From NCBI GenBank assembly GCA_963843575.1, contig CAWJKZ010000013.1:672001-736000 (forward strand): a stretch of DNA of 64,000 bases, given 5' to 3'. The DNA comes from an uncultured Acidobacteriota bacterium. Lineage in GTDB: Bacteria; Acidobacteriota; UBA6911. A program made the translations under genes and the position numbers. The notes below the pieces were generated by a model, which saw only the letters and a list, made by a program, of their open reading frames with translations, did not search any database and was not told the DNA's origin. Below are positions 20,038 to 31,509 of the stretch, in pieces (positions within the stretch are counted from its first letter, which is position 1; each line of letters starts with the position of its first letter).

Positions 20038-21301
20038 ATGGACGTCCAGAAACACGAGATGAAGAATGGCCTTGTGGTGGCCACCGAGGCCATGCCGCAT
20101 CTCCGCTCGGTGTCGATCGGGGTATGGATCAAAGGCGGTTCCCGCTTCGAGGCCCCCGAGGTCTGGGGCATTTCCCACTTCATCGAGCACTTGCTGTTCA
20201 AGGGCACGTCGAGGCGCTCGGCCGCGGAAATCGCGGAGGCGATCGATTCCGTCGGCGGGCAGCTCAACGCGTTCACCGACAAGGAGTATGTCGGTTTTTA
20301 CGCCAAGGTCCTCGACCGGCACCTCCCGCTCGCCTTCGAGCTCCTGTCGGACATCGTGCGGAATCCCGACCTTCCCTGCGCACGAGATGAGGCGCGAGCG
20401 CAACGTGATCTTCGAAGAAATCAACATGATCGAGGACTCGCCCCAGGAATTGATCCAGGACATTTTCATGGAGAGCTTCTGGAAGGGGCACCCGCTCGGC
20501 CGCGCCGTGTCGGGCACGAAGGAGTCGGTGGCGGCCATCTCCCGCACCCAGGTCACCCGCTACTTCAGGAACAATTACACCGCGCGCAACACGATCGTGT
20601 CGGTCGCCGGGAACCTCAGGCATCGGGAGGTGTGCGCCCTCGCGCGCCGGTATTTTTCAGACCTGGCGACGGGTGCTCCGATCGATCCGGGCCCCCCGCC
20701 GTCGGGAGGGCCGACGCGGCTCCTGCGCCGCAAGCGCAACCTCGAGCAGACACATCTTTGCCTGGGGACGCCCTCCCCGCCGATCGTCTCCAAGGAGCGC
20801 TACGCGGCCCAGGTGCTGTGCAGCGTGCTGGGCGGCGGCATGAGTTCCCGGCTGTTCCAGAAGATCCGCGAAAAACGCGGGCTCGTCTATTCCATCTACT
20901 CCAGCCTGAACCTCTACCGCGACGCCGGCACCCTGCTCGTCTACGCGGGCATGGCGCCCGGCGCGGCGCGCGCGGTCGTCGACCTCACCATGAAGGAACT
21001 GCGCGAGCTGCGCAGGACGCTCGTGCCGCACGACGAGCTGAAACGCGCCAAAGAGAGCATCAAGGGATCTGTCGTCCTGAGCCTCGAAAGCTCGAGCAGC
21101 CGGATGACCCACCTGGCGCACGAACTGCTGTATTTCGGGACGTTCCACAATATGCAGGAAATCCTGGACGGCTTCGACGCCGTGCGGGCGAGAGATCTTC
21201 GCAGGCTGGCCAACGAAATGTTCGACTCGTCGTGCCTCACCCTGACTGCGCTGGGCAGCGAGGACAGCCGGGAACTCGAGTCGGTGACGCTGAGAGTCTG
21301 A
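20038..21301 (+). CDS. M16 family (pitrilysin-like) zinc peptidase; frameshift near 20375
   Basis: HFIEHLLFKGT inverzincin motif, NAFT, then ERNVIFEEI...GGGMSSRLFQKIREKRGLVYS in the next frame. Confidence 0.92.
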
Positions 21302-21306
21302 AGACC

Positions 21307-22092
21307 ATGGGACTCGGGTTCACGTTGCTGGGAAGCGGAAGTTCGGGGAATGCGACGCTGATAAGCGACGGGGAAAACCGCGTCCTGCTCGACATCGGAC
21401 TGAGCGGCCGCGAGACGGTCCGCCGGCTGCGCGAGTGCGGCATCGAACCGGAGCAGATCGCGGCCATCGTGCTCTCGCACGAGCACGGGGACCACAGCCG
21501 CGGCGTGTCGCCGTTCGCGCGGGACCTGGACATCCCCGTTTTCGTCACCGAGGCCACGCTCGCCGCCGCGGAAATGAAACTCGACCCCCGCAAAGTGCGG
21601 CGGATCGAGAGCGGCGTCGGTTTCGAAATCTGCGGCATCGGGTTCACCCCGTTCGCGGTGCCGCACGACGCCGCCGACCCGGTCGCGTTCTGCGTCGAGA
21701 AGGACGGCGTCAAACTGGCGATCGTGCTGGATCTCGGATACGTCACCAACCTCGTGGTCGAGCGTCTGAAACGTTGCGACGCCATCGTCCTGGAATCGAA
21801 TCACGACGTGAACATGCTGAAGGTGGGGCCCTATCCCTGGTCGTTGAAACAGAGGGTAATGAGCCGGCGGGGCCACCTTTCCAACGACTCGGTCGCGGAC
21901 TTCCTGTCCGACGGTTTCGACGGGAGGGCACGCGACGTCGTGCTGGCCCACTTGAGCAAGAAGAACAATCTTCCGGACCTCGCGCTCCTGTCGGCCCGTA
22001 ACGCGCTGCAGGCCCGCTGCGGGCTCTTCGCGCCCCAGACACGGCTCGAGTTGGCCGATGCGGACCGGATTGGCAGACCCCACTGGTATTGA
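21307..22092 (+). CDS. MBL-fold metallo-hydrolase (YycJ/WalJ-like)
   Basis: LGSGSSGN, SHEHGDH, VPHDAADP, LESNHD, GHLSN, AHLS. Confidence 0.92.
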   Translation: MGLGFTLLGSGSSGNATLISDGENRVLLDIGLSGRETVRRLRECGIEPEQIAAIVLSHEHGDHSRGVSPFARDLDIPVFVTEATLAAAEMKLDPRKVRRIESGVGFEICGIGFTPFAVPHDAADPVAFCVEKDGVKLAIVLDLGYVTNLVVERLKRCDAIVLESNHDVNMLKVGPYPWSLKQRVMSRRGHLSNDSVADFLSDGFDGRARDVVLAHLSKKNNLPDLALLSARNALQARCGLFAPQTRLELADADRIGRPHWY

Positions 22093-22136
22093 CTGCCGTC
22101 ACGCCGGAGCCTTTGAGGCGCGCTGCACGACTCACC

Positions 22137-22166
22137 TCCAAGGCGCGAAGATCCAAGGCGCGAAGA
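22137..22166 (+). repeat. 15-bp tandem repeat TCCAAGGCGCGAAGA x2
   Basis: Exact duplication in the intergenic region before purB. Confidence 0.7.
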
Positions 22167-22278
22167 CCTCAAGGAATCTCGAAGATCGGTTCCGCCTCCG
22201 GGGCACCTGCCTTTTTGGTGCTTCACGTGGCTTGCTTTTCAGCGCACCAGGCTCGTTGACAAACTTGGGAGTTGTCCG

Positions 22279-23574
22279 ATGATCGACCGCTATTTTCCCG
22301 CAGACATGGCCGAGATATGGTCGGAAGAAAACAAGTTCCGTGCGTGGCTCCGGGTCGAGGTGGAGACCTGCAGGATCCTTGCCGAGAAGGGCTGGATCCC
22401 GGCCGAGTCATTCGCGCACATCGAGAGCAAGGCCGGGTTTTCCCTCGAACGCATCCGGCAGATCGAGAAGGTGACGCACCACGACCTGATCGCCTTCACG
22501 ACCAGCGTGGCCGAATGCGTCGGCCCCGACTCCAGGTACATCCACTGGGGGCTGACCTCGACGGACGTGGTCGACACCGCGCAGGCCTTGCAGCTCCGCG
22601 CCGCCAACGAAATCCTGCTCGTCGAGCTCGACCGCCTGAGGGAGGCAATCGGCCGCCGGGCGCAGGAGCACCGCCGAACCCTCATGATGGGGCGCACCCA
22701 CGGGGTGCACGCGGAAGTCACCACCTTCGGGTTGAAACTGGCCGTGTGGTACGACGAGATGCGCCGGAACAGGGAACGCCTGGCGCGGGCCGCGGAACGC
22801 ATGCGGGTAGGCAAACTGTCGGGTGCCGTCGGGACGTTCGCACACCTCGGCCCGGACGTCGAGGCGCGCGTCTGCGAAAGGCTCGGCCTGAGAGCGGCGC
22901 GGATCTCGACCCAGACCCTGCAGCGTGACCGCCACGCCGAATACGTCTCCACCCTGGCCATCGTGGGGGCTTCGCTCGACAAGTTCGCCACCGAGATCCG
23001 CCACCTGCAGCGGACGGAAGTGCGGGAAGTGGAGGAGCCCTTCGCCGCCGGCCAGAAAGGCTCCTCGGCGATGCCGCACAAACGCAACCCGGTTAAGTGC
23101 GAGCAGGTCTGCGGCCTCGCCCGGCTGCTGCGCGGCTACGTCGTGACCGCGCTCGAGGACTGCGCCCTCTGGCACGAGCGAGACATTTCGCACTCGTCGG
23201 TCGAGCGCGTCATCCTGCCCGATTCAACGGCGGTGCTCTGCTATATGCTACGCACGATGACCTTTATCATCTCAGGACTGCTGGTCTACCCGGAGAGGAT
23301 GCTGCACAACATGGAGCTTACCCGAGGGTTGGCCTATTCAGGGCAGCTGCTGCTCGAGCTGACGCGGAAAGGCGTCAGCCGCGAGGACGCCTACGTCTGG
23401 GTGCAGCGCTGCTCGATGAAGGTCTGGAACGAGGACAAGGATTTTGTGCTGGCGGTCGAGGACGACCCGGATATCGCACGAGTGCTGACACCCGACGAGA
23501 TCCGCGCCGCCGTAAACCCGGAGCTGCAATTGCGCAACGTCGACGGCGTCTTCGCCCGCGTGTTCGAGGGCTGA
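22279..23574 (+). CDS. purB: Adenylosuccinate lyase
   Basis: [46 protein letters not shown]. Confidence 0.98.
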   Translation: MIDRYFPADMAEIWSEENKFRAWLRVEVETCRILAEKGWIPAESFAHIESKAGFSLERIRQIEKVTHHDLIAFTTSVAECVGPDSRYIHWGLTSTDVVDTAQALQLRAANEILLVELDRLREAIGRRAQEHRRTLMMGRTHGVHAEVTTFGLKLAVWYDEMRRNRERLARAAERMRVGKLSGAVGTFAHLGPDVEARVCERLGLRAARISTQTLQRDRHAEYVSTLAIVGASLDKFATEIRHLQRTEVREVEEPFAAGQKGSSAMPHKRNPVKCEQVCGLARLLRGYVVTALEDCALWHERDISHSSVERVILPDSTAVLCYMLRTMTFIISGLLVYPERMLHNMELTRGLAYSGQLLLELTRKGVSREDAYVWVQRCSMKVWNEDKDFVLAVEDDPDIARVLTPDEIRAAVNPELQLRNVDGVFARVFEG

Positions 23575-23659
23575 ACCGGCCGGGGCGCCTTTTAATCATT
23601 GCATTTCCGGCCCCCAGTTCCTATCATACTGGTTTTCACATTTTCAGCCGGAGACGTAC

Positions 23660-23803
23660 GTGGCAAAGAGGACGTTCCAGCCCAACAACAGCAAACGAAA
23701 GAAAACCCACGGCTTCAAGTCCAGAATGGCGACTAAGGGCGGCCGGCTCGTTTTGAAGAGACGGCGGGCCAAAGGCCGCAAGAGGCTGACGGTGAGTGGC
23801 TAA
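23660..23803 (+). CDS. rpmH: 50S ribosomal protein L34
   Basis: Manual translation [47 protein letters not shown] (47 aa; below the ORF-track cutoff); GGAG RBS. Confidence 0.97.
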   Translation: MAKRTFQPNNSKRKKTHGFKSRMATKGGRLVLKRRRAKGRKRLTVSG

Positions 23804-24224
23804 CACGGCCAGTGAGGGATTTCCCCGGCGGCACCGTATCGTGCACGGGGCGCACTACCGGGCAGTCTATGCCGCCGGCACGAAACTCCATTCCGAGAGG
23901 TTTGTGCTCTTCGGCTGCGAAAACAGCCTGAGTCATCACCGCCTCGGAATAACCGTGTCGCGGAAGGTCGGGGGGGCCGTGGTCCGCAACCGCGTCAAGC
24001 GCCTTTTCCGAGAGATTTTTCGCAAGTCCTTCGCCGAGATTCCTGGCCACTTCGATTTTGTGGTAAACGCCAGGCGCAGCTGCGCTGGTGTGTGCTATCT
24101 TGTTCTTAAGGAAGAGTTTACGGCTACGGCGCGGAAGATCTGCGTCCGGGGTAACCTTCAACCCCCGGCGGGTGCTGGAGACGGCAATGAAGGCGATGAT
24201 CCTTCTGGTCCTGCGGGGCTATAA
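23796..24224 (+). CDS. rnpA: Ribonuclease P protein component
   Basis: [25 protein letters not shown]. Confidence 0.95.
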   Translation: MANTASEGFPRRHRIVHGAHYRAVYAAGTKLHSERFVLFGCENSLSHHRLGITVSRKVGGAVVRNRVKRLFREIFRKSFAEIPGHFDFVVNARRSCAGVCYLVLKEEFTATARKICVRGNLQPPAGAGDGNEGDDPSGPAGL

Positions 24225-24396
24225 GCGATTCGTATCCCCCCTGTTGCCCCGGGCGTGCCGTTTCGAGCCGACGTGCTCGGTGTATGTGTATCAGGCCATA
24301 GAAAGGAAAGGAGTCCTCAAGGGACTCTGGCTGGGGATCCGCCGACTCGTACGGTGCCACCCGTTTTGTGCTGGCGGGTACGATCCGGTTCCCTAG
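24187..24396 (+). CDS. yidD: Membrane protein insertion efficiency factor
   Basis: [22 protein letters not shown]...[14 protein letters not shown]. Confidence 0.95.
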   Translation: MKAMILLVLRGYKRFVSPLLPRACRFEPTCSVYVYQAIERKGVLKGLWLGIRRLVRCHPFCAGGYDPVP

Positions 24397-24413
24397 CGTC
24401 CCCGGACTGACCT

Positions 24414-26105
24414 ATGGAAAAAAGAGCTCTGGCCGCCATCGCACTCTCGATCCTGGTGCTGCTCGCGTTCCGTTACGTCGAGGAGCGGCGGATGGGGGAT
24501 GCCGCCCGGCGCCGGCCTGTCCCCGCCAGGCAGGCGCCCGCATCTCCGGCGGCACCGTCGGTCACCCCTGCCGCCCCGGCAGAGCCGGCAAGCGCCGAGC
24601 AGCCTCCACAGTCAACCGCGGCGGGAGCGGCGGATACGAGCGCCGCCCCCCGGACCGTGACCGTGGAGTCCGACCTCTACCGGGCGGTCCTCGACAACCG
24701 CGGCGCCGTGTTCACGAGCTGGCAGCTGAAGAAGTACACGGGGGCGCGGGGCGAGCCATTCGAGATGGTAGCGGGGGGCAACGGCCCTGAGGCGCGCTTC
24801 CCCGGCACGATCGCCTTCGAGGATGCCTCGGCCTCCGGTACGGCGGCGCGCGAGAACTACGAGGTGGTTACCGAAGGCGGCGGCCCCGGACCCCTCACCC
24901 CACCTGCGACGGTGACGATGCGGTTGCGCCGAGGCGACCTGACCGTCGAGAAGACCTTCCGTTTCGACAAGGACAACTACATAGCCCAGGTGTCGCTGCT
25001 CACCGAGAAGGCCGGGCGCCCTCTTCCGGGACGGTTCATCGTCGGGCAGGATATCGGGCCCGAACACGAACACCTGCTCAATCCCTCGATTCAGCTTTCT
25101 GCCGTCTACAGCCTGGCGGGCAAGGTGCACCGCGAGGCGCCGCCCAAAGACGAGAACGAGATCAAGCCGATCGCGGGCGATGTACGTTGGGCGGGGCTGG
25201 AAATGCAGTATTTCGCGATGCTCGCGATCCCGGCCCAGCCGATCCAGCTCTTCGAGGTACAAAAGAGGCCGATGCAGGCGGTCGGCCTGGACGGCAAAGA
25301 GTTCACGCGGCAATTGGTGCGGGTGACGGTCCCCGAAAACGGTAAGGCGGACTTCCGCATGTACGTCGGCCCAAAGGAACAGTCGTTGCTGGAGAAGGTA
25401 CCCGGGGTCGACCTGTCCGGTGTCATCGACTACGGCATGTTCTCCTTTCTGGTGCGTCCGCTGCTGTTCTCGCTGAAGTGGATCCATCAGTACGTGCACA
25501 ACTGGGGCGCCGCCATCATCCTCCTCACCCTTGCCCTGACCCTACTGCTGTTCCCGTTCCGTCTCAAGCAGATGGCCTCGATGAAGCGGATGCAGGTGAT
25601 CCAGCCCAAGATCAAGGAGATCCAGGAACGCTACAAGAAGTACAAGAAGACGGACCCGAAGCGCGCCGAGATGAACCAGGAGATGATGGCGCTCTACAAG
25701 GAACACAATGTCAACCCGCTCGGGGGGTGCGTTCCGCTCCTGTTGCAGATGCCGCTGCTGTTTGCGTTCTATCAGCTTCTTGCCGTCTCCATCGAGCTGC
25801 GGCACGCGCCGTTCATGCTCTGGATCCAGGATCTCGCCGTCAAGGACCCCTATTACGTCCTTCCGGTCGTCATGGGGATCACGATGTTGGTTTCGCAGAA
25901 GATGACGCCCATGACCCCCGGCACCGACCCGACCCAAGCCAAGATGATGATGTTCATGCCGGTGGTCTTTACCGTCATGTTTTTCAATATTTCCAGCGGC
26001 TTGAACCTGTATTTTCTGTGCAGTAATATCTTCCAGATCGCTTTCCAGAAAGTGGCGGAGAGGTGGTTAGGTGACCGACAATCCCCTCGCAAATCCAGAG
26101 CCTGA
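24414..26105 (+). CDS. yidC: Membrane protein insertase
   Basis: N-terminal TM, periplasmic domain, NWGAAIILLT, NPLGGCVPLLLQMP, DPYYVLP. Confidence 0.97.
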   Translation: MEKRALAAIALSILVLLAFRYVEERRMGDAARRRPVPARQAPASPAAPSVTPAAPAEPASAEQPPQSTAAGAADTSAAPRTVTVESDLYRAVLDNRGAVFTSWQLKKYTGARGEPFEMVAGGNGPEARFPGTIAFEDASASGTAARENYEVVTEGGGPGPLTPPATVTMRLRRGDLTVEKTFRFDKDNYIAQVSLLTEKAGRPLPGRFIVGQDIGPEHEHLLNPSIQLSAVYSLAGKVHREAPPKDENEIKPIAGDVRWAGLEMQYFAMLAIPAQPIQLFEVQKRPMQAVGLDGKEFTRQLVRVTVPENGKADFRMYVGPKEQSLLEKVPGVDLSGVIDYGMFSFLVRPLLFSLKWIHQYVHNWGAAIILLTLALTLLLFPFRLKQMASMKRMQVIQPKIKEIQERYKKYKKTDPKRAEMNQEMMALYKEHNVNPLGGCVPLLLQMPLLFAFYQLLAVSIELRHAPFMLWIQDLAVKDPYYVLPVVMGITMLVSQKMTPMTPGTDPTQAKMMMFMPVVFTVMFFNISSGLNLYFLCSNIFQIAFQKVAERWLGDRQSPRKSRA

Positions 26106-26565
26106 CCGTGGCATCGAGGCGACCGCGCGGGACGTGGAAGCGTTCTGCAGCCGGCTGGTGAGCGTGATGCGTCTGGAGCTCAATACCTCCGCCTCTGAGG
26201 AGCAGGGCACAATCCGGGTGAATTTTTCGGGCCCCGACAGGCCCATCCTCCTGTCCGGCAACGCGCAGGTGCTCAACTGCATGGAGTATCTGGTAGGCCG
26301 CACGTTCCGAACCGGCAGGGGGGCGCGTATAGCCTCGATCCTGCTCGACTCGGACAGTTACCGCCAGCACCGCGAAGCGGAACTCGTCCTGCTGGCCCAG
26401 ATGGCGTCCCAGAAGGTGATAGCGCAGAAAAAACCGCTGACCCTGCAGCCGATGACCCCGCGCGAGCGCCGCATCGTCCACCTGGCGCTCGCCTCCGTCG
26501 CGGGGGTCCGCTCCGAGAGCGATGGGGAGGGGGACAACCGGAGCGTCACCATCTTCCCCGGATAG
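26071..26565 (+). CDS. Jag/KhpB-like KH-R3H RNA-binding protein (short form)
   Basis: PMTPRERRIVHLAL...SESDGEGDNRSV R3H domain; sits between yidC and mnmE. Confidence 0.88.
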   Translation: MTDNPLANPEPDRGIEATARDVEAFCSRLVSVMRLELNTSASEEQGTIRVNFSGPDRPILLSGNAQVLNCMEYLVGRTFRTGRGARIASILLDSDSYRQHREAELVLLAQMASQKVIAQKKPLTLQPMTPRERRIVHLALASVAGVRSESDGEGDNRSVTIFPG

Positions 26566-26682
26566 GAGCACCCGTCCGGGAGCCCGGGAGGGGCATCGCC
26601 CCGGGACGGCGTCGCGGACGCAAAGCTTACCTCACCTCTCCCGCTCCCCGTGTCCGCCGCTTGTTTTTGGCCCGCACCTGAG

Positions 26683-28068
26683 ATGCACGATTTGAACGAC
26701 ACAATCTGCGCCCTATCGACTGCGCCCGGTCGCGGGGGCATCGCACTGGTGCGCATGAGTGGCAACCGTAGTTTCGAGTTCCTGGACCGGGTGTTCGCGC
26801 CCGAGCGCGGGAGCGGGGGCCCGGCGGTGCCCCGTTCGGCCGTCCTCGGCCGAATTGTCGACCCTCGGTCGGGGGACGAGGTCGACCAGGTGCTGGCGAC
26901 ACGCTTTCCAGCGCCCCACTCGTACACGGGCGAGGACGTCACCGAGATCTCGCTGCACGGGAGCCCTGTGCTGGTCGCCGCGGTGCTGGACGTGCTTTGC
27001 GGCTGCGGCGCGCGCTTGGCGGGCCCCGGGGAATTCACGATGCGGGCATTCCTTCACGGCCGGCTCGACTTGGCGCAGGCGGAGGCGGTGAGGGACATCG
27101 TGGACGCGACCACGCTCTACCAGGCTCGGGTCGCGTCGCGGCAGCGCGACGGGGAGCTCTCGAACGCCCTCGCGCCGTTGAAGGACCTGCTGGTCAACAT
27201 CGTCGTCCAGCTCGAATCCGCGGTGGAGTTCGTGGAGCAGGATCTGGTCACCGAGTCGCGCGAGGCGCTGGCGGCGCGCCTGGAAGAAGCGCTCGTGTGG
27301 ACCTCGGGGTGGATCGACTCGTTCCGGCGCGGGCGGATCGTGCGCGAAGGTTTCAGCCTGGCGGTCGCCGGACGCCCGAACGTCGGGAAGAGCAGCGTGT
27401 TCAACTCCCTGCTGTCGCGGGACCGCTCGATCGTGACCGAGCTGCCGGGCACGACGCGGGACCTCGTGTCGGAGGACACGAGCCTGCGGGGGATTCCGGT
27501 CCGGCTGCTCGACACGGCCGGGGTGCGGGATTCCGAAGACCGGATCGAGCGGCTCGGGGTGGACCGGAGCTACCGGGCGATGGCCGATGCGGATGCGGTG
27601 CTGCACGTGGTGGATGCGAGCGCGGCTCCGGAGGGGGAAGACGAGCGGCTGCGCGCCCACCTTTCCGGGCTGCCGTGCATCGTGGTATTCAACAAGGCGG
27701 ACCTGCCGAGCGCGTGGCCGGATACCGAACGGGAGGGGTTCGGGCTCCCCAATCCCTGGGTCACCGTCTCGGCCCTGAGCGGCGCCGGCATGGACGGGCT
27801 GCGAGACACGATCCTGCGGCTCCTGTGCGGCGACGCGGGGGCGTCCCAGGACGGTCCCTTGGTCACAAACCTGCGTCATTGCCGGTGTCTCGAGGCGGTG
27901 CTGGAGCGGGTGGGGCGCGCGCAGCAAGCCCTGCGCGCCTCGGCCTCGGAGGAGCTGGTGCTGGTCGACCTGCACGCCGCGCTGAGTGAACTGGGCGCCA
28001 TAACGGGCGAGACGACCGTCGAAGACCTGCTCGGGGAAATCTTCTCGCGCTTCTGTGTCGGGAAATAG
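26683..28068 (+). CDS. mnmE: tRNA modification GTPase MnmE
   Basis: [41 protein letters not shown]. Confidence 0.98.
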   Translation: MHDLNDTICALSTAPGRGGIALVRMSGNRSFEFLDRVFAPERGSGGPAVPRSAVLGRIVDPRSGDEVDQVLATRFPAPHSYTGEDVTEISLHGSPVLVAAVLDVLCGCGARLAGPGEFTMRAFLHGRLDLAQAEAVRDIVDATTLYQARVASRQRDGELSNALAPLKDLLVNIVVQLESAVEFVEQDLVTESREALAARLEEALVWTSGWIDSFRRGRIVREGFSLAVAGRPNVGKSSVFNSLLSRDRSIVTELPGTTRDLVSEDTSLRGIPVRLLDTAGVRDSEDRIERLGVDRSYRAMADADAVLHVVDASAAPEGEDERLRAHLSGLPCIVVFNKADLPSAWPDTEREGFGLPNPWVTVSALSGAGMDGLRDTILRLLCGDAGASQDGPLVTNLRHCRCLEAVLERVGRAQQALRASASEELVLVDLHAALSELGAITGETTVEDLLGEIFSRFCVGK

Positions 28069-28069
28069 G

Positions 28070-29962
28070 ATGAAGAGCCGTTTTCACGAGTCTTTCGACG
28101 TGGTGGTCGTCGGCGCGGGTCACGCCGGGTGCGAGGCCGCCGTGGCGTCGGCGCGCCTGGGGGCGGACACGGCGCTTTTCACGCTTAACCTGGACCTGGT
28201 GGCGCAGATGTCGTGCAACCCGGCCATCGGCGGGATCGCCAAGGGGCATCTCGTCCGGGAGATCGACGCCCTCGGCGGCGTCATGGGGGAAGTCGCCGAC
28301 CGGACGGGGATCCAGTTCCGGCTGCTGAACCGCAGCCGCGGCCCTGCCGTCCAGGCGCCGCGCTGCCAGTCTGATAAGTCTCGATATCGCAATGAGATGC
28401 GCAGATTATTGGAGGCGCATAACAACCTCCGCCTGCGCCAGTGCGAGGTGGTCGGTCTGGCAGTCGAGGGCGGGGGCGTGGCGGGGGTCGAACTCCTGGA
28501 CGGGAGGCTGGTCGGGGCGCGCGCGGTGGTTATCACGACCGGGACCTTCCTGAACGGGCTGGTACACGTCGGGGACCGGCGTTATCCCGCCGGGCGCAAC
28601 GGCGAGTCGCCGTCGGTGCTGCTCGGGGAGTGGCTGCGCCAAGCCGGTTTCCGGGTGGGGAGGCTGAAGACGGGGACGCCGCCGCGGATCGACGGGCGGA
28701 CGATCGACTACGGCCGGTTCGAGGAGCAGGCGGGGGATCCCGAGCCGACCTTCTTCTCGTTTTGGAGCGAGGCGGTAGCATTACGACAAGTGTCATGTTA
28801 TGTTGGATATACGGGTGGAAAGATGCACGACGTGGTGCGGCGCAACCTGGGTCGTTCCGCGCTGTACGGCGGTGCGATCAGGGGGATCGGGCCGCGGTAT
28901 TGTCCCAGCATCGAGGACAAGGTGGTGAAGTTCGCCGACAAGGAGCGGCACCAGCTTTTTCTGGAGCCGGAGGGGTTGGACACGCACGAAGTGTATCTGA
29001 ACGGGCTGTCGACCAGCATGCCGGCGGAGGTGCAGCAGGAGATGCTCGAGGCGGTGCCGGGGCTGGAGGGGGCGAAGATGATCCGGCCGGGGTACGCGAT
29101 CGAGTACGACTTCATCGATCCGACGGAGCTGATGCCGTCGCTGGAGACCAAGAGGGTGGCGGGGCTCTACTACGCGGGGCAGATCAACGGGACGACCGGG
29201 TACGAGGAGGCGGCGGCGCAGGGGCTGGTCGCGGGGATAAACGCGGCGCTGAAGGCGGCAGGCAGGGATGCGGTGCACTTTCCGCGGGAGGGGAGCTACA
29301 TCGGGACGTTGTTGGACGACCTGGTGACGCGAGGGGTGGACGAGCCTTACCGCATGTTCACGTCGCGGTCGGAGGTTCGTTTGCTGCTGCGGATCGACAA
29401 CGCAGACCGGCGTCTGACGCCGACGGGTCACGCCCTGGGGCTGGTGCCGGAGGCGCATTTCCGGAAGTTCCAGGAGAAGTACGAGCAGGTGGAGGGGGCT
29501 CTCCGTTTTCTGCGCGGGCGTCGTTACGACCCGGGCGAGGCGTCGTGCCCGGAGCTCGAGGCGAAGGTGGGCGGGGCCGGGGCGAAGGGGGCGACGCTGG
29601 AGCAGCTGCTGCGGCGGCCGGGGGTGGTGCTGGACGATTTGGATCCGGTGTTGCGGAGGCACGGCGTGGTGCTGTCCGGGGCGGCGCGGTGCGCGGTGGA
29701 GGTCGAGGTGCGCTACGACGGTTACATCGCGCAGCAGCGCCGGGACGCCGAGAGGATTGGCCGTCTTGCGGCGCGGCGGATCCCGGAGGATCTCGACTAC
29801 GGGAAGATCGAGGGGCTGAGCCGCGAGATGCGGGAGAAGCTGGTGCGGGTGCGGCCGCGGGACCTCGGGATGGCGGCGCGGATCCCGGGGGTGACGCCGG
29901 CCGCCGTATCGATCCTCAACGTGCAGATCGAGATGCGCCGGCGCAGGCGGGGTCCGGAGTAA
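28070..29962 (+). CDS. mnmG: tRNA uridine 5-carboxymethylaminomethyl modification enzyme MnmG (GidA)
   Basis: [47 protein letters not shown]. Confidence 0.98.
   Translation: MKSRFHESFDVVVVGAGHAGCEAAVASARLGADTALFTLNLDLVAQMSCNPAIGGIAKGHLVREIDALGGVMGEVADRTGIQFRLLNRSRGPAVQAPRCQSDKSRYRNEMRRLLEAHNNLRLRQCEVVGLAVEGGGVAGVELLDGRLVGARAVVITTGTFLNGLVHVGDRRYPAGRNGESPSVLLGEWLRQAGFRVGRLKTGTPPRIDGRTIDYGRFEEQAGDPEPTFFSFWSEAVALRQVSCYVGYTGGKMHDVVRRNLGRSALYGGAIRGIGPRYCPSIEDKVVKFADKERHQLFLEPEGLDTHEVYLNGLSTSMPAEVQQEMLEAVPGLEGAKMIRPGYAIEYDFIDPTELMPSLETKRVAGLYYAGQINGTTGYEEAAAQGLVAGINAALKAAGRDAVHFPREGSYIGTLLDDLVTRGVDEPYRMFTSRSEVRLLLRIDNADRRLTPTGHALGLVPEAHFRKFQEKYEQVEGALRFLRGRRYDPGEASCPELEAKVGGAGAKGATLEQLLRRPGVVLDDLDPVLRRHGVVLSGAARCAVEVEVRYDGYIAQQRRDAERIGRLAARRIPEDLDYGKIEGLSREMREKLVRVRPRDLGMAARIPGVTPAAVSILNVQIEMRRRRRGPE
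28373..28401. promoter_or_regulatory. Embedded 29-bp dyad site (GA TAAGTC-N13-GAGATG CG)
   Basis: AT-rich rare-codon island inside mnmG; member of the parS-proximal motif family. Confidence 0.45.
28785..28813. promoter_or_regulatory. Embedded 29-bp dyad site (GA CAAGTG-N13-GATATA CG)
   Basis: AT-rich rare-codon island inside mnmG. Confidence 0.45.
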
Positions 29963-29970
29963 GGGGGGCC

Positions 29971-30624
29971 ATGGACGCGGCGGAGGGACTGGAGCGGCTG
30001 ATTGCAGGGGCGGGGGTGGATGCGGCCGCCGGGGAGCGTCTGAGGGTTTACCTCCGGCTGCTGCTGAAGTGGAATGCGCGGCTTAACCTGACGGGCCGGA
30101 CCGACTGGGAGGGGCTCGGGCCGCACTTCGGCGAGGGGGTATGGGCGGCGGCGCTCGGGAGGTGGGAGCCTGCGCTTCACCTGGACATCGGGAGCGGCGC
30201 GGGATTCCCGGCGCTGCCGATGGCGGCTTTGCGGCCGCGGGGGCGCTTCGAACTGGTGGAGGCTCGGGCGCGCCGCTGCGTGTTCCTGGAGGTGGCGGCG
30301 CGGGAGCTGGGGCTGACGGGCGTCCGGGTGTGCCAGCTGAGGCTGTCGGACTACCTTGCGGAGAACGCGGCGGGCGGCTGGGATCGCGTCAGCTGGAAAG
30401 GGGTGCGGCTCGGCGCGCGGGACGCGGATGGGCTGTTGCGCCGGGGGGCGCCCGGGGTGGAATTCTGGCTCTTTCACGGCCGGGAACTCCCGGTCGAGGA
30501 GCCTGAGGCGTGGCTGCGGGCCGTGCGGCTGACGCGCCGGGTTAGCTTCCCCGGCAAGGCTGGCTGGTTCCTGTCGATCTACCGGCGGCAGCCGGACCTT
30601 CCTGTTTCACGTGAAACAAGCTGA
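29971..30624 (+). CDS. rsmG: 16S rRNA m7G527 methyltransferase RsmG (GidB)
   Basis: LLKWNARLNLTG, LDIGSGAGFPA, VEARARRCVFL; follows mnmG. Confidence 0.88.
   Translation: MDAAEGLERLIAGAGVDAAAGERLRVYLRLLLKWNARLNLTGRTDWEGLGPHFGEGVWAAALGRWEPALHLDIGSGAGFPALPMAALRPRGRFELVEARARRCVFLEVAARELGLTGVRVCQLRLSDYLAENAAGGWDRVSWKGVRLGARDADGLLRRGAPGVEFWLFHGRELPVEEPEAWLRAVRLTRRVSFPGKAGWFLSIYRRQPDLPVSRETS
30603..30618. other. parS centromere site (perfect consensus)
   Basis: TGTTTCACGTGAAACA, at the 3' end of rsmG just upstream of parA. Confidence 0.95.
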
Positions 30625-30670
30625 ACTTCACGAAACGGACGCGCGCGGGGGGCGCCCCGCCGCGCTTTTT

Positions 30671-30686
30671 TGCTTCACGTGAAACA
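30671..30686. other. parS centromere site (1 mismatch)
   Basis: TGCTTCACGTGAAACA. Confidence 0.9.
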
Positions 30687-30733
30687 ATTCCCGCGCAAAG
30701 TGTGCTATTCTCCGGCCGAGCGCGCGCGACGCC

Positions 30734-31509
30734 ATGGCCAAAATCATCTCCATCACGAACCAGAAGGGGGGCGTGGGCAAGACCACCACGGCCATCAACC
30801 TCGGCGCCGCGCTCGCCTGCGCCGACATGCGCGTGCTCATCGTCGACACCGACGCCCAGGCCAACTGCACGAGCGGGCTCGGCTTCGCCAAGGGGGGGGG
30901 CGCAAGAGCATCTACGACGCGCTCATCCGGGAGGAACCGCTCGAGCGCCTGCTCGTCGACACCGAACTGGACAGCCTGAAACTCGTCCCCGCCGACCGCA
31001 GCCTCACCGGGGCTGCCATCGAGATGATCGAGCTTCCCGACCGGGAGATGATCCTGAAGCGTCTGCTGCAACCGCTCCTCCACCGCTTCGACTTCATCCT
31101 GATCGACACCCCCCCGTCGCTCAACATCCTCACGCTGAACGGGCTCGTCGCCGCGCACTCCGTCCTGATCCCGATACAATGCGAGTACTTCGCCCTCGAG
31201 GGGATCTCCGACCTCATGGACACGCTCGCCCGCGTGCGCCGCACCCTGAACCCCTCCCTCGCCGTCCAGGGGATCCTCCTGACCATGTTCGACGAACGGA
31301 CCAACCTCAGCGCGCAGGTCCGGGCCGACCTGCGCAAGTTTTTCCCGACCCAGATGCTGCAGACCGTCATCCCCCGCAACGTGCGGCTGGCCGAGGCTCC
31401 GAGCTTCGGTAAGCCTATAATGCTCTATGACATACGCTCAAAGGGCGCCGACAGCTATATCGCCCTCGCGAAGGAAATCCTGAACCATGAAAAAAAAGGT
31501 CTTGGGTAG
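30734..31509 (+). CDS. parA: Chromosome partitioning ATPase ParA/Soj; frameshift in a G9 run at 30892-30900
   Basis: [24 protein letters not shown], then in the next frame [32 protein letters not shown]. Confidence 0.95.
31408..31436. promoter_or_regulatory. Embedded 29-bp dyad site (GG TAAGCC-N13-GACATA CG)
   Basis: AT-rich rare-codon island inside parA. Confidence 0.45.

Noticed and set aside
20038-22092. 684-aa M16 peptidase-MBL hydrolase fusion in the ORF track
   Set aside because: Artefact of the frameshift near 20375; the middle part is off-frame and the two genes are separate.
22137-22175. Tandem 15-mers as a CRISPR remnant
   Set aside because: Only two adjacent copies, no spacers and no cas genes in the window.
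28782-28809. dif site (TTATGTTGGAT resembles the XerD arm TTATGTTAAAT)
   Set aside because: The XerC arm is poor, the site is inside mnmG, and the skew switch is 1.8 kb away at parS. It fits the 29-bp dyad family better.
28441-30624. 727-aa ORF ending in RsmG
   Set aside because: Off-frame shadow of G-rich mnmG; rsmG starts at 29971.
30892-30900. G9 run in parA as a phase-variation switch
   Set aside because: One extra G restores the frame, and a homopolymer miscall is far more likely in this indel-rich assembly.
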